The position numbers and the translations under genes were made by a program. Shown in pieces: positions 44,171-48,734 of a stretch of 48,734 nt of DNA (the first letter of the stretch is position 1; every line of letters starts with the position of its first letter). Location: positions 1-48,734 of the forward strand of contig MEDY01000219.1 in NCBI GenBank assembly GCA_001724265.1. Reading direction: 5' to 3'. The notes under the pieces are model-generated. The model worked only from the letters and a program-made list of their open reading frames with translations, was not told where the DNA came from and made no database searches. Source of the stretch: Rhizaria sp. SCN 62-66 (lineage: Eukaryota).

Positions 44171-47100
44171 ATGGACTCGTCCATCGACGTCTCGTACGGC
44201 GAAGATAAGTTCGAGGACACGAACGCTCGTCCCGCGCCTCCGCGCGGCGCTTCATCGCTTGGCCCCGCACCGCCGCCGCCGCTGTCGTCCTACCCGCCCG
44301 CGCCGGTGTCCCCGCGCGCCACCGTCGAGAACGCCGGCCCCGACGGCGTGACGCCCATGGCTGGCGGCGCCGGTCCGAGCAACTTCCGTTCCGTCAGCTT
44401 CCACGGTAGAAACACCACCCTGAACAACAACATGAACGGCGCCAACAGCTTCGGCGCGACTAACAGCTACGCGCTCGACGGCTCCATGGCTGAGTCCGCG
44501 CCGCCCTCGGCGCCCGTGCCGTCCTCCGTGCCCCCGCTGCCGCTCGCGGGCCTTACACACCCCCAGCAGCAGCCGCCGCCGCAGCCCCACCACCACCACC
44601 TGCAACCTCCGCACCAGCAGCTGCCTCCCCAGCCGCCGCTTCAGCAGCAGCAAAGCTACCCACAGACGCCCCCGCGCTCGGCCACGCGCCCACAGTCCCC
44701 GGCCGCGCGCCCGCAGTCGCCCGCGCGCCTGCTCGCGCCCGCTCCCGCGCTGCCGCTGCCGCTGCCGATGCCAGCCCCCGCGCCCGCGCACTCGAGCTAT
44801 AACTATAACCCCGTCAATAACCCCATCACCAGCAGTAGCAGCAGCGGTGGCAATGGGCTGTCCCCGCGCTCGCACTACCACGCGCACTCCGTCGCCCCCA
44901 CCAACGGCTCGGGCGCCACAGGTACTGTCACAGGTACTGACGCGCCGGCGCCGCAGCACTTGCGCCACGTGCCGTTGCTGCCCAACTCGCCGCGGCCGGC
45001 CGCGTACCCCGCCGCGCCGACAGAGCCGCGGCCCGCTAATGCCGTCGCGCTGCCCACCACCGCGCAGCAGCTCCAGCACCAGCAGCAGCACTATGGTCAG
45101 TACCCGCAGCAGCAGCCGCAGCCTCAATATCAGCGGCCCCCGCAGTCGCAGTATGGACAGTCTTCGTATGCCCCGGCCTCGTCGTCGTCGTATTATGCGC
45201 CGCCGCCGCCGTCCTCGTCTCTGTCGTCGTCGTCGTCGTACATGCCCGCTTTGACCTCATCCTACTCAAGCAGCCTCGGCGGCCTCGGCGGCGTCGGGAG
45301 TTTGCCTGCGGGCGCACCTCAGCAGACGCCGCTGTCTCCGCGGTCTGCGCTCGCTCCTCTGTACCAGTCGCTCCAGCGCCAGCCCCCGATCACCGCCGCG
45401 GCCGCCGCGCCCTCGTACTACAACTCCAACCCTGCTCCAACAATCACTTCTAGCAGCATCAGCAGCAGCTACTTCGTGCCGTCCGCTGAGCCCGCTGCCG
45501 TGGACGCAATGCTCCGGCGGCCCGCGTCGCCGATCCCACCGCTCACCTCGACGCTGCGCCCGCCGCCGCTGGCGTCCCTGGCCGCGACCACGAGCTTCCA
45601 GCCCAGACTCTCCGGCCTCCCCGCCTCGGCCCCGCACAGCGGCAGCGGCGGCAGCGGCAGCGGTGGCGGCGGCGACGTGGCGCGGCTCGCGGAGGGGCTG
45701 CCGATGGACTCGGCCCTGCGCGCGCTGCTCGCCACCGGCGGCCCCGCGCCTGCGGGCTGTAGCAGCGGCGGCGGTGCACAGCAAGTGCTTTCCCCCGCGG
45801 CCGCCGAGGCCTTCACGCGGCTGCCCGCCGAGCTGCGCGCTCTGCTCACCCCCGCCGCGGCCGACGCCGTGTACAGCTCGTCTTACGCGTCGCTGCCCGC
45901 GCAGTCCGCGTTCGGCGCGCGGCAGGGGCCCGTGAGCTCGGCTGTCGGGGCCTGGGGTTCGCTACCCTTCGCGGCCACCGCGTCGGCGCCTTCCTCTGGC
46001 TACAACAGCAATAATATCGGCGGCGGTAGCGTCGGTGTTGGTGGCGCGACGAGGGAGGACGAGATCTCGGCTGCGCTGAGCGCGCTTACTCAGGCGCTTG
46101 CGAACAGCGCGGGCGACGGCAAGAGCGGCCTCCACAGTAGCATTGGCGGCTACAGCAACACCAACTCCGCCAGCGCCAGCGCCAGCGGCCCCAGAACGTC
46201 TGGCGCGGCACTGTACTCGCAGCCCGCCGACGCGCGCCCGCTGTCGCCGCGGTCCCCGCAGGCGCAATCGCTCTCCGCCGCGCTCGCCGCGCTGCTGAAG
46301 CAGAACCCGCTCGGCGGCCCCGCGCCCGCGGACTCGGCCGTGCTGAGCGGCTACAGCGGTGCAATCGGCCCCGGTCTCGGTGGCAGCGGTAGCTTTGGCG
46401 GCGGCAATGGGAGCGGCAACGGGAGCGGCGTCAGCGCGATTGCGGGCGACCCGTTCGGCCAGGAGTTCAACCTGCGCCCCGACCCGGCCGTGGTGGCGGC
46501 CTGGGCGCGCTGGATCAAGCAGTACCAAGCCAACGTCGCGTCGCACGGCTACCACACGCGTTTCAGGTCCGTCCAGTTCTTCAAGTTGTAATGCTCACAT
46601 TCTACAATTTTTTGACTTGCTTATTTTTCATTTTTCTCACTTGGATGTTTCATTCTGGTTTATTATCTAATGTTTTTCGCTTCTTTAGTGAGCTTTCGGC
46701 ACGGACCCCTCTGACTGTGCCCCACTGCCCTGTGACCCGCTTTGACGCGCTCCCGGCTCTGTCTTCGGACTTCAACGCCGCACGCGCCGCTTTTGCAGCG
46801 TCTGACGTGGCCGCGGACCTGCCGATCTGGTGCCCGCAGTGCTACCCGCTCACTGAGAACGAGGTTAAGAGCTTTTTCTCCCTTCCCGACCGCTTCCGGT
46901 ACGTCTCATCACCACGCCAGACTCTTGACTCAATACTTTTCGTAAAATTGTTTGGGAATGAGGCCATACTATTATTGTTGATTTATGTTTGATATCATAT
47001 TATTGTTCTCTGTGTTTGAGATAGCATTTCTCACTACACACTCTTCTTTCTTTGCCACCTGCGTCTTCTCTCCACACAGTTCTCTGCTTGCCCTGCCGTG

Positions 47101-48322
47101 GTCCGCGCACCCGTGGGAGCACATCTACCGCCATTTCTATCCTTCCGCGCAGTTCTTGCCGACGCTCAACTGCCCCGGCTGCGCGCAACCGCTGAACGCG
47201 TGCACGTGCGCCGCGGCGTGCGCGCATGACGACTGCGGCTTCTACACCTGCGAGCAGGAGTGCTACGCCGACGTCGGCGGCGCGCGCGCGCGGCAGCGCC
47301 TGGGCGCGGCGCTCGCGCGGCACCGCGACACGGGTATCGTGACCAACGCGGACCTCATGGCGCATCGCCAGCGGCTCGAGAAGGAGCGCCGCGCGCGTCT
47401 GCCGCGCTGCGCGCGCGAGCAGCGGCCTTCCCCCGCCGCGTTACTACGACTCGCCGCGCACGTCCGCGCGCGCGCGCACCCGGCGCTTTCATGCGAACAC
47501 ATGCCCACTGCGGGCTCGCTGCCTGCGCACCGGCTCGCGGCCCCACACGCCGCACCGGAGCCCGGTGCCGCCGCGGCCGCCGCTGCGGGGAGCAGGTTCG
47601 CGACGCAGATCGTGGCCGTGCCGCGCGGGCGCGGGAACGTGACGGTGGGCGTGGTGCTCGACAGCAAGCCGGCGCCCGCGGCCGCGGTGCCCTACGGCGC
47701 GCCGCCCCATGCACAGGCGCAGCCCTACACTCCCGCTGCCGCCGCCGCCGCCGCAGTTGCCGCGGACGCGTACGTGCGCGCTGCGGCCCGTGGCGCCGCG
47801 CGGCCGGCGTCGGCCCCCGCGGCCCGCGCCCCACAGCTGCAGCAGCAGCACCCGCAGGGCCAGTGGTTGCAGGTGGCGGCGGCGCAGACGCGCGCGATGG
47901 CCGCCGGCCACGGCGCCGCGCCTAAGGCCTTCGTCGGCCACCACCAGTCGCAGCAGCAGCGGCCGCAGCGCTGGGGCTGGGACGACGTCCCCGTCACCTT
48001 CCCCAAGCAGTCCCAACTTCAATCGCAACAACAGGTTAAGCAGGTGCGGTTCACTTCGGCGACCGCGAGCGGGCGACCGGCTCCCTGGGCGCCCCCGCAG
48101 CCGCTGGGCGTGTCAGTGGTGCCGCAGTCCAACTCCAACCCCGTCCACAGCCACCAGGCCCACAGGCAGCAGCATCAGCAGCAGCCGCGTGTGATGATGG
48201 CACAGCGCGCGTATGCGCCGGTGCCACAGGCGCTGCGGCCGTCGCAGGGCGGCGCGAGTGCGCTGGAGCGCACGCTGCCTTCGGGCGGTGTCGCGCAGCT
48301 CATGTACCAGGCACGTGGCTGA
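44171..48322 (+). CDS. Pro/Gln/Ser-rich protein of unknown function with a central Trp/Cys-rich region; exons 44171-46566, 46689-46898 and 47080-48322 (~1282 aa)
   Basis: Three GC-rich ORF segments (44171, 46591, 46985 frames) are joined by two phase-2 introns: ...HTRFS|ELSART...PDRFR|SLLALPW. The exon lengths sum to a multiple of 3. Stop TGA 48320-48322. Confidence 0.78.
46567..46688 (+). other. Spliceosomal intron (122 nt), phase 2
   Basis: CAG|GTCCGT donor, T-rich body, ttctttAG|T acceptor; frame-consistent. Confidence 0.8.
46899..47079 (+). other. Spliceosomal intron (181 nt), phase 2
   Basis: CG|GTACGT donor; ...ctctccacacAG|T acceptor; frame-consistent. Confidence 0.85.
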
Positions 48323-48734
48323 ATCCAATGTCCAATCCAGGACTTGCTAACCCATGTGAGCAAGAATCTGTGCGCCCTTTGTGAGTGTTGAGTCTGATTG
48401 CAGTTGCGATGTATATTTGTCATTCCTATTTTGTTTTTGTTTTTGTTGTCGTCCTAACCACGAATGCTCTGCACGATGTGTGATTTTATGAATGCGCGCG
48501 AGTGTTGGTGTGAGTTTTTTTTTGGTGTCGAGTACAAACAGTCCATGTTCGATATGTCACAACCGACATTTAGCATAAAACACCAAGTCTCACAGGCTCA
48601 CACTGGGACAAACACCACCCATGGTCGTTTCGGGCGGGTATATAAAGGTGGCGTTTCCTGTGTACACAGACTTCTCTTTTCTGTGAAAACAACAATAACA
48701 ATTTATAATATCAGAAACACAGTATATAATTCGA

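Noticed and set aside
93-48423. Hundreds of overlapping Arg/Ala/Pro-rich ORFs in alternative frames
   Set aside because: They are expected from very high GC content and few stops. They are shadows of the nine real genes and carry no recognisable motifs.

Overview
Eukaryotic (protist-like) nuclear DNA with nine protein-coding genes. Their GC-rich, mostly Ala/Ser/Gln low-complexity exons are separated by AT-richer spacers of about 0.4-1.1 kb and interrupted by short GT-AG introns, mostly with a GTACGT donor. In order: (1) a partial EngB/YihA-family GTPase with a mitochondrial-type presequence (-); (2) a ~2500-aa Ki-67-like FHA protein (-); (3) a membrane-anchor + acyl-CoA-binding + ankyrin protein (-); (4) a degenerate kinesin-motor protein (+); (5) a VPS9 + START protein (+); (6) a large low-complexity protein of unknown function (+); (7) a TPR-Hsp70 fusion lacking EEVD (-); (8) a secreted Cys-rich protein with an acidic tail (-); (9) a Pro/Gln-rich protein with a Cys cluster (+). 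The main result is that five in-frame TAG codons (13695, 13941, 21937, 31048, 34806) interrupt three otherwise intact genes. Two of them sit exactly at Gln positions of Gln repeats, and all eight visible gene ends use TAA or TGA. This points to a nuclear genetic code in which UAG is a sense codon (most likely Gln) while UAA remains a stop, a rare uncoupling. Gene models and domain calls were made by eye with no database searches, and the organism cannot be identified from this window.
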